Shown here: one piece after another, positions 29,700 through 38,178 of the stretch | Layout of the letters: each line of letters begins with the position of its first letter | Numbering within the stretch: position 1 is the stretch's first letter | NCBI GenBank assembly: GCA_963728475.1 | Contig: CAVSKL010000001.1 | Location: forward strand, 714,523-778,522 | Reading direction: 5' to 3' | DNA length: 64,000 bases | Source of the DNA: Candidatus Eiseniibacteriota bacterium | Lineage (GTDB): Bacteria > Eisenbacteria > RBG-16-71-46 > JABDJR01 | Notes under the pieces: model-generated | Database searches by the model: none | Told to the model about the DNA's origin: nothing | The model's input: only the letters and a program-made list of their open reading frames with translations | Translations under genes and position numbers: made by a program

Positions 29700-29917
29700 C
29701 GCTCGCTCGGCTATCTGGGCTATCCGCCCCCGAGGCTAACCGACATGTGTATCCGCCTATCCGGTGTCAACCCGCGGCCTATCCCGTCGCCCTCTCCGGC
29801 GCGATCTCGCGTATCATGGGGCGGGCTCGCGGGTTCGGCGCCGGCCACCGGCGGAGCTACACCGCCGCCAGCCACCACGGCCCGCGGCCTATTCCGGTCA
29901 GATACTTCCTGTTAGCC
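29700..29917 (+). other. Putative attI site with direct repeats and GTTAGCC crossover box
   Basis: About five GCTATCC/CCTATCC direct repeats, two of them in a 15-bp CCCGCGGCCTATYCC form (29773-29787 and 29882-29896). GTTAGCC at 29911-29917 lies 22 bp before the RBS (GGAGG) of the first cassette ORF. Confidence 0.5.
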
Positions 29918-29939
29918 CGAGCGTGGAAGGAGGCAAGAG

Positions 29940-30257
29940 ATGAAAGGCAGGGTAGTTGTTGCTAGCCTGCTTGCGTGCCCTTTGCTGTTGGGCTGTGGGA
30001 ACAACCCCGTGTCATCCTCTACATCTGCCGACATCGTCAATCACACGGGCACAGTGCGACAGATCGGCAGCGTCGGCTATGCCATCGACGATGACGCCGA
30101 GTCCAGTGAGCGATTCGCACCGAGCAACCTGCCTGACTCGTTCAAGAGGGACGGGGTAAGAGTCCTGTTCAGCGGCAGGAGAGGCGAGATACCTCCCAAC
30201 GTGCGCATGTGGGGAACGCCGCTGGAGTTGACGTCGATTCAGGCAGATATCCGCTAG
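29940..30257 (+). CDS. Cassette ORF: small lipoprotein (hypothetical)
   Basis: 105 aa with lipobox LLLGCG and a strong RBS. The stop lies just before the GGCTAAC of the following attC. Confidence 0.5.
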   Translation: MKGRVVVASLLACPLLLGCGNNPVSSSTSADIVNHTGTVRQIGSVGYAIDDDAESSERFAPSNLPDSFKRDGVRVLFSGRRGEIPPNVRMWGTPLELTSIQADIR

Positions 30258-30262
30258 CGCCG

Positions 30263-30364
30263 GGCTAACCGGCCGCTACAGCCGCCGCCCGCTCCTGGGG
30301 AGTAGGATAGGGCTTTGAAGGACGTCGGTCGTCGCGGGCGCGGCTGACCGGCAGCACGTTAGCC
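30263..30364 (+). other. attC recombination site (cassette 1)
   Basis: GGCTAAC...(imperfect stems CAGCCGCCGCCCGC/CGGGCGCGGCTG)...GTTAGCC. The ends are complementary and there are extrahelical mismatches in the stems. Confidence 0.6.
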
Positions 30365-30403
30365 CGATAGACTTCACAAACTGCTACCTTCTGTGGTAAC
30401 GTC

Positions 30404-30604
30404 TTGGTCATGGGGAAGATCCGCCGGGGGAACTACGTGTTCGTGTTCTGGACCGGGGATCACTCGCCCAGACATGTACACGTGTACCGCAATTCCCGAC
30501 TTGTAGTTAAGTGGGATCTGGATAGTGACTTAGAGATGCAAGGCAAAGCGACCCGCCAGATCAGGCGCCTCATTGCGGAGCTGAAAGCCGAGGGCAAGCT
30601 GTGA
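30404..30604 (+). CDS. DUF4160 family protein
   Basis: 66 aa, GNYVFVFWTGDHSPRHVHV motif. 4-bp overlap with the next ORF, the usual DUF4160/DUF2442 pair. Confidence 0.6.
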   Translation: MVMGKIRRGNYVFVFWTGDHSPRHVHVYRNSRLVVKWDLDSDLEMQGKATRQIRRLIAELKAEGKL

Positions 30605-31071
30605 AGATCACCCGAGTTACCGCAAACAACCGAAAGAAGGTCTTTGAAGTGGCCACGCGGAGTGGTCTGTTCCTTTTTCCCTACGTGGAGGCGGATCCTT
30701 CTCCTTCGCCTTCCGACCGCGTGCAAGAGGTCAGCCCAGACAAGGAGATTGCCCGGGAAGGCTTCACCTACACCCTTGAATCCGGTCGTGAAGGCACCGT
30801 CCACATCGATCACGTGCTCGAGTACAACCAGGACCCCAACTATCTCGCGGACATGCTCCTTTACAACCTGACGGTTGAAGCCCGGAAGCGGGTCGAGCAA
30901 TCCGAGCTAAGCACACGAGAGATCATTCGGAGGCTAGGGACTTCAGCCACCCAGTTCTACCGCCTCCTAGACCAGACGAACTACTCCAAGTCCCTGAAGC
31001 AGTTGGTGGCGTTACTGACCATCCTCGGCTGTGAGGTGGATCTGGTCGTTAGGCAGAAGCGCACTGCATGA
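30601..31071 (+). CDS. DUF2442-like protein with C-terminal HTH-like region
   Basis: 156 aa. Partner position to DUF4160. The TREIIRRLGTSATQFYRLL segment looks like an HTH. Confidence 0.45.
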   Translation: MKITRVTANNRKKVFEVATRSGLFLFPYVEADPSPSPSDRVQEVSPDKEIAREGFTYTLESGREGTVHIDHVLEYNQDPNYLADMLLYNLTVEARKRVEQSELSTREIIRRLGTSATQFYRLLDQTNYSKSLKQLVALLTILGCEVDLVVRQKRTA

Positions 31072-31078
31072 CAGTGCG

Positions 31079-31210
31079 GGCTAACATGGGGTTGAACCTG
31101 ACAAGCCAACCTGTCACGGGCTTGGCTGTGCGGTGCTTCGGCAGAATCCGGATGGCGGCGCGGGCCAAGCCCGCGCCAGCTTGCTTTGCAGGTTAACCTG
31201 ATCGTTGGCC
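31079..31210 (+). other. attC recombination site (long, about 132 bp; family A)
   Basis: GGCTAAC...GGTTGAACCTGACAAGCCAAC...GGCCAAGCCCGCGCC...TTGCAGGTTAACCTG...GTTGGCC. Near-identical in its ends to the attC at 35094-35226. Confidence 0.7.
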
Positions 31211-31545
31211 AGTAGGACGGTCCCTTTTCTCGCTCTTGTCTGGTGCTGACCTAGAAGCGGTTTGTTGGCCTTGGACGCTTTCACCTTCGGTTCGCCGGGG
31301 TCGCTTCGAGCGCGGCTGATCCACAGGCGCCCCGCAGGTGCTTTCCAGGGACCAGTTGCTCTAGAATACCGAGTCGCTGTCTCGTCGGATCGTCGGCCCT
31401 GCTCCGCTGAGACGCCGTGCCTGCCGCTGGGATGCTAACGGGCGCTTCGACACGATCCGGGCGGGCGGCTTCGTCCGCTCGGTTGCGGCGGTCGCTTCCT
31501 GTGGCTACGGTCGGCACCGAATGTGCCGGTCCTGCCATTGGCCTC

Positions 31546-31637
31546 AGCCCAACAGTGGCGGTGTAGCCGACGCCATTGGGGCGGCTCAGCCCGGTCGGCG
31601 GCTTTTCAACACGGCGCGGCTAACCGCCAGCGTTGGG
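31546..31637 (+). other. attC recombination site bounding an ORF-less cassette (31205-31631)
   Basis: GCCCAAC + GTGGCGGTGTAGCCGACGCC ... GGCGCGGCTAACCGCCAGC + GTTGGGC. The outer boxes are perfectly complementary and the inner stems match in 18 of 20 positions. Confidence 0.6.
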
Positions 31638-31666
31638 CACCGAACGACGGGTAGGGAGGTCTGCCC

Positions 31667-32470
31667 ATGGAAAACAGACAAGTTTCCGATACCTGGGAGC
31701 GTGGGAACCCCTATGAACGGTATGTCGGCCGGTGGAGCCGTCAGGTTGCGCCGCCGTTCCTCTCGTGGTTGAGCATTCCGGCCAGTCGGAGGTGGCTCGA
31801 CGTGGGGTGCGGCACGGGAGCGCTATGCGCGGCCATCGCGGACCGCTGCTCGCCTGCCTCGGTCGCCGGCGTCGAGCCTTCCGAGGAATTTCTCAAGACC
31901 GCGAGGGAAAATCTCGCCGACCGGGTGGCGCTTCACCAAGGCAGCGCAACGGCAATCCCGCTTGGTGAGGCGTCAGTCGACGTGGTGGTCTCGGGACTGG
32001 TCCTGAACTTCGTTCCGGATCAGCAGGCCGCCCTGACCGAGATGGCCCGGGTAACCGGCAAGGGGGGCACGATTGCAGCCTACGTCTGGGATTACGCCGG
32101 AAAGATGGAGCTAATGCGATACTTCTGGGACGCGGCAGTCGAGCTCGATCCGAGCGCCGCGAAGCTGGACGAGGGTCCCCGTTTCCCATTGTGTCGCCCG
32201 GAGGCACTCGAGAAGCTCTTCACCAATGCCGGCCTGAAAGGCGTGGAGGTGAAACCCATCGACATACCAACTCGGTTTACGAGTTTCGATGACTACTGGC
32301 AGCCCTTCCTCGGCGGCCAGGGTCCGGCCCCCGCCTACGCCATGTCGCTTGATGAATCCGTGAGAGCGGGCCTTCGCGATCGCATTCGCAAGTTCCTGCC
32401 GACAGCGGCAGATGGCTCGATCTCATTGATTGCGCGTGCTTGGGCGGCTCGCGCAACCGTTGCAATGTAA
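31667..32470 (+). CDS. Class I SAM-dependent methyltransferase
   Basis: LDVGCGTGA motif I and DVVVSGLVLNFV motif II. RBS GGGAGG. Confidence 0.65.
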   Translation: MENRQVSDTWERGNPYERYVGRWSRQVAPPFLSWLSIPASRRWLDVGCGTGALCAAIADRCSPASVAGVEPSEEFLKTARENLADRVALHQGSATAIPLGEASVDVVVSGLVLNFVPDQQAALTEMARVTGKGGTIAAYVWDYAGKMELMRYFWDAAVELDPSAAKLDEGPRFPLCRPEALEKLFTNAGLKGVEVKPIDIPTRFTSFDDYWQPFLGGQGPAPAYAMSLDESVRAGLRDRIRKFLPTAADGSISLIARAWAARATVAM

Positions 32471-32475
32471 GCAGT

Positions 32476-32562
32476 GCCCAACCCTTTGTTGCTGCGGACG
32501 GGCTGCCAGCGTCGTGCCAGTGTGACCGTCATCGTGGCCCGCCGCAGAACGACACGTTATGC
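32476..32562 (+). other. attC recombination site (short)
   Basis: GCCCAAC ... TTGTTGCTGCGGACGGGC / GCCCGCCGCAGAACGACAC ... GTTATGC. Confidence 0.5.
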
Positions 32563-32612
32563 CGCCCAGGCTGCCTGATGCTCGAGGTGGCGAGTTGATG
32601 GGAGGCTACCTG

Positions 32613-33719
32613 ATGAAGCCGATTCTATTGACCGCCGTGGCCCTTGCAGCGGCGGTAATCGGAACGATCACTGGGGAGAGCGCCCACTCGGTCTCATTGC
32701 GAGTCGTGCGGATCGGTGAGATGTCAGTGGATCGGGCCGCCCACCAAGCCACGCTCCTGGACAACGGCCAAGTTCTGATCACTGGCGGTTGTGCCGGGCG
32801 CGGCTGCGATCGCATCCTCGACTCGGTGGAGCTCTACGACCCTGAGGCCCGATCCTTTACGTCCGTAGCTCCGATGACGATCCCGCGAGCCAGCCACGCG
32901 GCGGTAGCCCTCCCGGATGGCCGGGTCCTCGTATCAGGCGGTTGGACGGGTCAGCGTGTGACCGCCAGTGCGGAAATCTACGATCCAAGGGCCGACCGCT
33001 GGACGGTGGTGGGGGACATGACGCAGGCACGGGCGAGCCATATCGCGGTGCCTCTGGGCAGCGGGAAGGTACTCATGGTGGGTGGCGGCGAGGGCGGGCT
33101 GGGTGATCTAGCGTCTGTAGAGGTGTTTGATCCCGCCACATCCCACTTCTCTGCTATGGGCAGGATGCGGACCAATCACTACCTGGCAACTCGGTTGACG
33201 GACGGTCGGGTTCTGATGACCGGAGGGCAGAACGCTCAAGGCGAGGTCCTGGCGTCGGCGGAGATCTTTGATCCCGTCACCGGCAAGTCAGAGCCCACGG
33301 GCAGCATGGCCGTGGCGCGTGTCAAGCATGCGGCGGCGCTACTTCCCGATGGAAGGGTCCTGATCATTGGTGGGTCCGACACCCGCGGTTACGCCGCGCG
33401 ATTTGCGAGCACAGAGATCTATGACCCTGCTACCGGCAAGTTCTCGCTCGGGCCTGACATGCAGTGGGGCCGTCACAAGATCCGTGACGCGGTCGCCGGA
33501 CTATCCTCCGGTGGTGTTGTCGTTGCGGGCGGCGCGTCTCGGCCGGAGCTGTACGATTCCGCCGAGAGCGTGTTCATTCCGGTCGAAGGCCAATTGAGCG
33601 GACCGCTGATGTTCGCAACCGCGACCCACCTCACTAGTGGAGAGGTGCTGGTCCTTGGCGGGTATGACGATCGCACGCAGTCGTCTGCCGGTGCTTGGCT
33701 GGTCGGGCCGCTGCGCTGA
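32613..33719 (+). CDS. Secreted Kelch-repeat beta-propeller protein
   Basis: Signal peptide MKPILLTAVALAAAVIG. Six or more repeats of RxxHxAxxLxDGRVLxxGG. Confidence 0.6.
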   Translation: MKPILLTAVALAAAVIGTITGESAHSVSLRVVRIGEMSVDRAAHQATLLDNGQVLITGGCAGRGCDRILDSVELYDPEARSFTSVAPMTIPRASHAAVALPDGRVLVSGGWTGQRVTASAEIYDPRADRWTVVGDMTQARASHIAVPLGSGKVLMVGGGEGGLGDLASVEVFDPATSHFSAMGRMRTNHYLATRLTDGRVLMTGGQNAQGEVLASAEIFDPVTGKSEPTGSMAVARVKHAAALLPDGRVLIIGGSDTRGYAARFASTEIYDPATGKFSLGPDMQWGRHKIRDAVAGLSSGGVVVAGGASRPELYDSAESVFIPVEGQLSGPLMFATATHLTSGEVLVLGGYDDRTQSSAGAWLVGPLR

Positions 33720-33768
33720 GGTGCCTTCGCGCTCCGCAAACCTGGATTCAGCCGCCCAGTTCGGGGGC

Positions 33769-33835
33769 GGCATAACAGGCCGATGAAGCTGCCGATCGCC
33801 TGCGGCGCCCGCAGCTTATCGGCGGGGCGTTATCC
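33769..33835 (+). other. attC recombination site (short)
   Basis: GGCATAACAGGCCGATGAAGCTGCC ... GCAGCTTATCGGCGGGGCGTTATCC inverted repeat. Confidence 0.5.
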
Positions 33836-33902
33836 GGACCGAGTCAGAAGCAACGTCAGATTGAGCAAGCGATAACCGACCGCAACCGTCACAGGAGCAA
33901 CC

Positions 33903-34313
33903 ATGAGCGAGCAGTTCACGAAGTACGAACGAATCTGGATCGACGGCTTGAATCGAGGCGATGTCTCTATTGTTGATGATGTCTTCGAGCCAAATTGCGT
34001 CATTCACATCGCGGGAAGCCCGGAGCCGAATCTCCCCGTAAGTGGTTTCAAACAGATGATGGCCGGCCTTCTTGCGGCGTTTCCGGACATTCAGCTGACG
34101 ATCGAGGATCAGGTCGTTACGGCGGACAAGGTAGCCACGCGGTGGACGGGCGCTGGCACTCATACTGGACCGCTCGGCGACATCAAGCCAACGGGGCGAC
34201 GAATACGGATCGGCGGTCTGATCCTCGACCACGTGTCTGGGGGGCGCGTGGTCGAGCGTTGGGAGCAGTGGGACCAAGCTGGCATGTTGCAGCAGCTAGG
34301 TGTGCTCGGGTAA
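33903..34313 (+). CDS. SnoaL-like / NTF2-like predicted ester cyclase
   Basis: 136 aa with the typical ERIWIDGLNRGD...VIHIAG...RWTGAGTHTGPLG pattern. Confidence 0.55.
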   Translation: MSEQFTKYERIWIDGLNRGDVSIVDDVFEPNCVIHIAGSPEPNLPVSGFKQMMAGLLAAFPDIQLTIEDQVVTADKVATRWTGAGTHTGPLGDIKPTGRRIRIGGLILDHVSGGRVVERWEQWDQAGMLQQLGVLG

Positions 34314-34349
34314 ACGGGCAGCCGGATGCCGCTCCAAACAAAAATCGGA

Positions 34350-34443
34350 AGGGCCGGTCAACACCGCGCTGGGGCCGATGCCCTTGGCCGGCTCGCGTTG
34401 ACCGGCGGGTCCGCGCGCAGCGCGGCTCGGGGCGGTCGTTAGC
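34350..34443 (+). other. attC-like inverted repeat (boundaries uncertain)
   Basis: GCCGGTCAACACCGCG ... CGCGTTGACCGGC perfect inverted repeat, then GTTAGCT at 34437. Confidence 0.35.
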
Positions 34444-34465
34444 TGAACTCGGGTCTTTGTTCTCG

Positions 34466-34497
34466 CTTGACTGAGAGTATAACCTAGGTTATACTCT
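34466..34497 (+). promoter_or_regulatory. Sigma70-like promoter (TTGACT-17-TATACT) overlapping a perfect 26-bp palindrome (GAGAGTATAACCTAGGTTATACTCTC): probable autoregulated TA operator, near-leaderless antitoxin mRNA
   Basis: Seen directly. The -10 box ends 9 bp before the antitoxin ATG at 34504. Confidence 0.45.
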
Positions 34498-34503
34498 CAT
34501 TTC

Positions 34504-34746
34504 ATGAAGACAGCCATCTCCATTCCAGACCCTCTTTTCAAGGCTGCAGAGCACCTTGCTAGGCGCCTTGGAGTCTCTCGAAGCGAGCTGTATCAGCTCG
34601 CCGTTTCCCGGCTCCTGGACGACCATGATGACGAGGCGACAACGGACGCTCTAAACAAGCTCTACGGAGAGCACCCCGAACTCGCCAAGGTTGATCCAGT
34701 GCTCGATCAACTCCAGCTTGCTGCCTTGCCTAAGGACGACTGGTAG
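34504..34746 (+). CDS. Type II antitoxin (RHH/MazE-like)
   Basis: 80 aa, MKTAISIPDPLFKAAEHLARRLGVSRSELYQLAV. 1-bp overlap with the toxin gene. Confidence 0.6.
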   Translation: MKTAISIPDPLFKAAEHLARRLGVSRSELYQLAVSRLLDDHDDEATTDALNKLYGEHPELAKVDPVLDQLQLAALPKDDW

Positions 34747-35099
34747 TGCTCCGCGGGGAAGTCTGGTGGGCCAATCCGCCTGTCCCCGGGGGATCCGAAC
34801 CGGGCTATCGCCGGCCCGTTCTCGTCGTCTCCTCGGACAACTACAACCGTAGCTCCATCGCCACGGTGGTGGTAGCGGCCATTACTTCGAATGAAATCCT
34901 CGCCGGCGCTCCCGGGAACGTACGGATAACCAAACGACAGAGCGGTCTGCCCAAGGCGTCGGTAGTAAACGTGTCACAGCTCCTCACGGTCAGCAAGGAT
35001 GCGCTCGTTGAGCACGCCGGTATTCTCTCCGATTCGGTCATGAGCAACGTCAGCGCTGGTTTGGTACGCGTGCTTGGATTGCCGAGCATCCGCGGCTAA
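34746..35099 (+). CDS. mazF: Type II toxin, MazF/PemK family endoribonuclease
   Basis: GEVWWANP...RPVLVVS...TVVVAAITS is the PemK/MazF signature. The TAA stop is embedded in the attC R'' box GGCTAAC. Confidence 0.7.
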   Translation: MLRGEVWWANPPVPGGSEPGYRRPVLVVSSDNYNRSSIATVVVAAITSNEILAGAPGNVRITKRQSGLPKASVVNVSQLLTVSKDALVEHAGILSDSVMSNVSAGLVRVLGLPSIRG

Positions 35100-35226
35100 C
35101 AGCAGGTTGAACCTGACAAGCCAAGCTGCCACGGTCTTGGCCGTAGGGTGCCTCGAATAGATCCGGCAAGTTTTCTCGGGCCAAGCCCGCGCCAAGTTGC
35201 CTTGCAAGTTATCCTGGGTGTTAGCC
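35094..35226 (+). other. attC recombination site (long; family A, paralogue of the site at 31079-31210)
   Basis: GGCTAAC...GGTTGAACCTGACAAGCCAAG...GGCCAAGCCCGCGCC...GTTAGCC. Confidence 0.7.
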
Positions 35227-35255
35227 GGCCACAGCCCATGACAGGAGGACGAGGA

Positions 35256-36323
35256 ATGGTGAGGGAATACCGGACCATGAAGGCGGCGGTCTTCGTAGAG
35301 CCCGGCCGTATTGCTTTAGAAGACAGGCCTATTCCCGAGGTGGGGCCCCGCGACGCCCTACTTCGGGTAACGACCACGACGATCTGCGGAACTGACGTAC
35401 ACATCCTCAAGGGCGAGTATCCGGTTGCGCCAGGGCTGATCGTCGGTCATGAGCCCGTGGGCGTCATAGAGGAACTCGGCGCAGCGGTCTCGGGTTACAA
35501 GGTAGGTCAGCGCGTGATCGCGGGCGCCATCACTCCCTGCGGTCAGTGCTACCCGTGCCTCGGCGGGGACCAGGCTCAGTGCGGGGGCAGGGCCATGGGC
35601 GGCTGGCGGCTTGGCAACACCATCAACGGCTGTCAGGCCGAGTACGTCCTGATTCCCGATGCTACGGCAAACCTGGCGCCGATCCCCGACGGCCTGACCG
35701 ACGAGCAAGTGCTCATGTGCCCCGACATCATGAGCACCGGCTTTGGCGGCGCAGAAAGCGGCCGGATTAGGATCGGAGACACGGTCGCAGTGTTTGCGCA
35801 GGGGCCGATCGGGCTCTGCGCCACAGTGGGCGCGAGACTTTCCGGCGCGACCATGATCGTCGCCGTGGATGCCGTGCCCGAACGACTCGCCATGTCCAAG
35901 GCGCTGGGCGCTGACCTCACGATCAATTACAAGGAGCGCGATCCGTTCGAGGCGATACAAGAGGCCACGGGTGGGCGGGGCGTGGACGTGGCCATCGAGG
36001 CCCTCGGCACGCAGGCGACGTTCGAGAACTGCCTGCGCGTGCTGCGGCCGGGCGGCACGCTCTCGAGCCTGGGGGTCTACTCGGGTAAGCTCACGTTGCC
36101 CCTAGACGCCTTTGCCGCGGGGCTTGGCGATCACACAGTCGTGACGACGCTGTGTCCAGGCGGGAAAGAGCGGATGCGCAGGCTGATGAACGTCCTGGCT
36201 TCTAAGCGCGCCGACCTGCGACCGCTCGTGACCCACCGGTTCCCGCTCGACCGGATCGAGGACGCATACGACCTGTTTGCGAGCCAGCGTGATGCGGTGC
36301 TCAAGATCGCCATCACACCATGA
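35256..36323 (+). CDS. Zn-dependent alcohol dehydrogenase family oxidoreductase
   Basis: ICGTDVH, GHEPVG and the GxGxxG Rossmann motif (VFAQGPIGL). RBS AGGAGGA. Confidence 0.7.
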   Translation: MVREYRTMKAAVFVEPGRIALEDRPIPEVGPRDALLRVTTTTICGTDVHILKGEYPVAPGLIVGHEPVGVIEELGAAVSGYKVGQRVIAGAITPCGQCYPCLGGDQAQCGGRAMGGWRLGNTINGCQAEYVLIPDATANLAPIPDGLTDEQVLMCPDIMSTGFGGAESGRIRIGDTVAVFAQGPIGLCATVGARLSGATMIVAVDAVPERLAMSKALGADLTINYKERDPFEAIQEATGGRGVDVAIEALGTQATFENCLRVLRPGGTLSSLGVYSGKLTLPLDAFAAGLGDHTVVTTLCPGGKERMRRLMNVLASKRADLRPLVTHRFPLDRIEDAYDLFASQRDAVLKIAITP

Positions 36324-36376
36324 CCAATGAAGCTATCACCAACCCTTGCTCAGTTCGCGCTGTTCTATGAGGAGCC

Positions 36377-36440
36377 GGCTAACCACAGCATGCGTCTGCC
36401 GGCGCTTCGCGCCGCCCCTGATGCTGGGCATCAGACCCCG
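36377..36440 (+). other. attC-like site, short family B, apparently degenerate R' box
   Basis: GGCTAAC CACAGCATGCG ... CCGGCGCTTCGCGCCGCC ... CTGATGCTGGGCATC. Shares its core with the sites at 40626 and 41319. Confidence 0.4.
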
Positions 36441-36458
36441 CAAGACGAGAGGCCGACC

Positions 36459-37325
36459 ATGACTCACTTGGACAGGGCAAGACAATACCTTGATGCGTGG
36501 AACGCCCGCGATGCCGGCGCGATTGTCAGGACGTTTGCCGCTGAAGGTACCTACCGCGACCCAACAACCGGCGCGCTCTCTGGCGATGCCATCGGCGCGA
36601 ATGCCCAGCGCTTGTGGAGCGCCTTTCCCGACCTCGCGTTCGACATCGCGAACGTAGTGGAGGTCGGCGCCGGCCGGGTGATAGCCGAGTGGATCATGAG
36701 GGGCACGAATACCGGGGTGTTCCAGGGCCTGCCAGCGACCGGCCGGCCGATTTCGGTCCCGGGCGTCGACGTGATCGAGCTCGGGGCAGACGGGATTACT
36801 ACCGTCACCGGGTACTTCGATAGCCGCGCCATTCCAGAGCGGTTGGGTCTTCAAGTGCTGATCCAGCCGTTCTCGGTTGGACCGTTTGCCTTCGGCAATT
36901 CGACGGCGGTGCAATCTGGCAAGAAAACGAAGCCCGGGGCGTTCGCCATCACGACGATCTGGAACCGCGACGTCCAGACAGAGGACGTCCGCGCTTTGAC
37001 TCGGTCGACGGCAACGGAGATGCTGAAGATGGATGGCTTCATCGGCGCGTCCTTCTTTCGGATCGGTGGTCGCGGCGTCACGATTTCGGCCTGGGAAGAG
37101 CCTGAGCAGGTGAAGCAGCTGCGGAGAGGAGGCACGCATTCCGAGGCAATGCGCAGATTCTGGACGGAGTTGGGTGATGCGGCCTTTACGAGCGTGTGGA
37201 TTCCGGATCACGTCAATCCGTTGTGGGTGCGTTGCGCTGTGTGCCGCAAGATGAAGGACTATAAGGTGCAGGCGGGTGTATGCAGCTGCGGCGAACCACT
37301 ACCCGATGCACCCGCTTATTTTTGA
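36459..37325 (+). CDS. SnoaL-like domain protein fused to a C-terminal domain of unknown function
   Basis: N-terminal DRARQYLDAWNARD...TYRDPTTG is the SnoaL/ester-cyclase pattern. The C-terminal 150 aa are unassigned, with a Cys pair CAVC...CSCG. Confidence 0.45.
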   Translation: MTHLDRARQYLDAWNARDAGAIVRTFAAEGTYRDPTTGALSGDAIGANAQRLWSAFPDLAFDIANVVEVGAGRVIAEWIMRGTNTGVFQGLPATGRPISVPGVDVIELGADGITTVTGYFDSRAIPERLGLQVLIQPFSVGPFAFGNSTAVQSGKKTKPGAFAITTIWNRDVQTEDVRALTRSTATEMLKMDGFIGASFFRIGGRGVTISAWEEPEQVKQLRRGGTHSEAMRRFWTELGDAAFTSVWIPDHVNPLWVRCAVCRKMKDYKVQAGVCSCGEPLPDAPAYF

Positions 37326-37410
37326 TGTTGGCTCAGCGAGGTGTAGCAGCCGGTTCCCGCGGACGGTCCGCCGCGCGGCCCCTTCGCGGAACCGGGAACA
37401 TTGGCCTGCG
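37325..37410 (+). other. attC-like inverted repeat
   Basis: CAGCCGGTTCCCGCGG / CCGCGGAACCGGG stems, GTTGGCT ... ATTGGCC ends. Confidence 0.35.
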
Positions 37411-37723
37411 CCGAAAGGAGCAAGGAGCTGAACTGGGAAGCCGCCGGAGCGCTCGGACAAACCGATCGCAGCGGCAGTGCGCGCTTAGTCGCTGAAAGAC
37501 GCCTTGGATCCCGATGCGTGGCGCGCTTGGGAACATCGACTGCTGAAGCACGCCCCGGCGCGAAGGAACCGATCAGGAGCGTCGACGGCTGCCTAACATG
37601 CGCATGATGCTGGCGAGCGCTGTCGCTGGCCGTTGATTTGTTCGCTTGGCATTGAGACGAGAGGGAGTAGAGGGTACGCGCGCCTGTCCAAGTAGAGCGC
37701 TCCCAGCATATCTTCTGTTCATA

Positions 37724-37999
37724 ATGGCCGGTTTCCTGGGTACCGGTTGTACAGCTTCTCGCGAACGACCGCCCTCGTTCTGGGGCGACCCGGCCGTGGC
37801 GACAATTCCAAAGGAACTCCTCGGGCGCTGGGTCCGCTCGTCCGAGGAAAGACATCGGCGATGTCATGGTGTATCGCCCTTGGGCTACCCGTTACCCCCG
37901 TCCCGGTGGCGCGATAGCTTCGAGATTCTTACCGACGGTCGCGTAACTCTGACGACCCTGGGTTCGTTCGATGGACCCGAAGCTATGACGATGCAATAG
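37724..37999 (+). CDS. Small lipoprotein-like ORF, with an in-frame TAG then about 40 more codons to 38119
   Basis: MAGFLGTGCTAS lipobox-like start in a lower-GC segment. Possibly a pseudogene. Confidence 0.3.
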   Translation: MAGFLGTGCTASRERPPSFWGDPAVATIPKELLGRWVRSSEERHRRCHGVSPLGYPLPPSRWRDSFEILTDGRVTLTTLGSFDGPEAMTMQ

Positions 38000-38178
38000 G
38001 AACTTCTTCCCGGGGACGCCATGCGGTTTGCCACATCTGATGGGGCCGAATACCAGAGATTCAGGATTGTCGCGCTGAGCCGCGATCGCCTCACGGTCAC
38101 CCAGATTCGCGTCGGATAAGGCCGGAGTTCAACCTGGCCCACTGCCAGTGTCTCACGACCATAGGGAGAGAGTTCGCC

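Noticed and set aside
31281-31772. ORFs 31281..31538 (-) and 31521..31772 (+) inside the ORF-less cassette and attC
   Set aside because: No RBS or motif. They overlap the attC palindrome, and the translations are low complexity.
37316-37867. 183-aa minus-strand ORF in the 37.3-37.9 kb inter-cassette region
   Set aside because: On the opposite strand to all the cassettes and with no motifs. It overlaps the attC-like repeats and the better-supported small + ORF.
28934-38000. Two in-frame TAG codons (in intI and in a cassette ORF) considered as evidence of amber codon reassignment
   Set aside because: TAG clearly terminates the EamA (14907-14909) and radical SAM (18011-18013) genes, so pseudogenisation is the simpler explanation.
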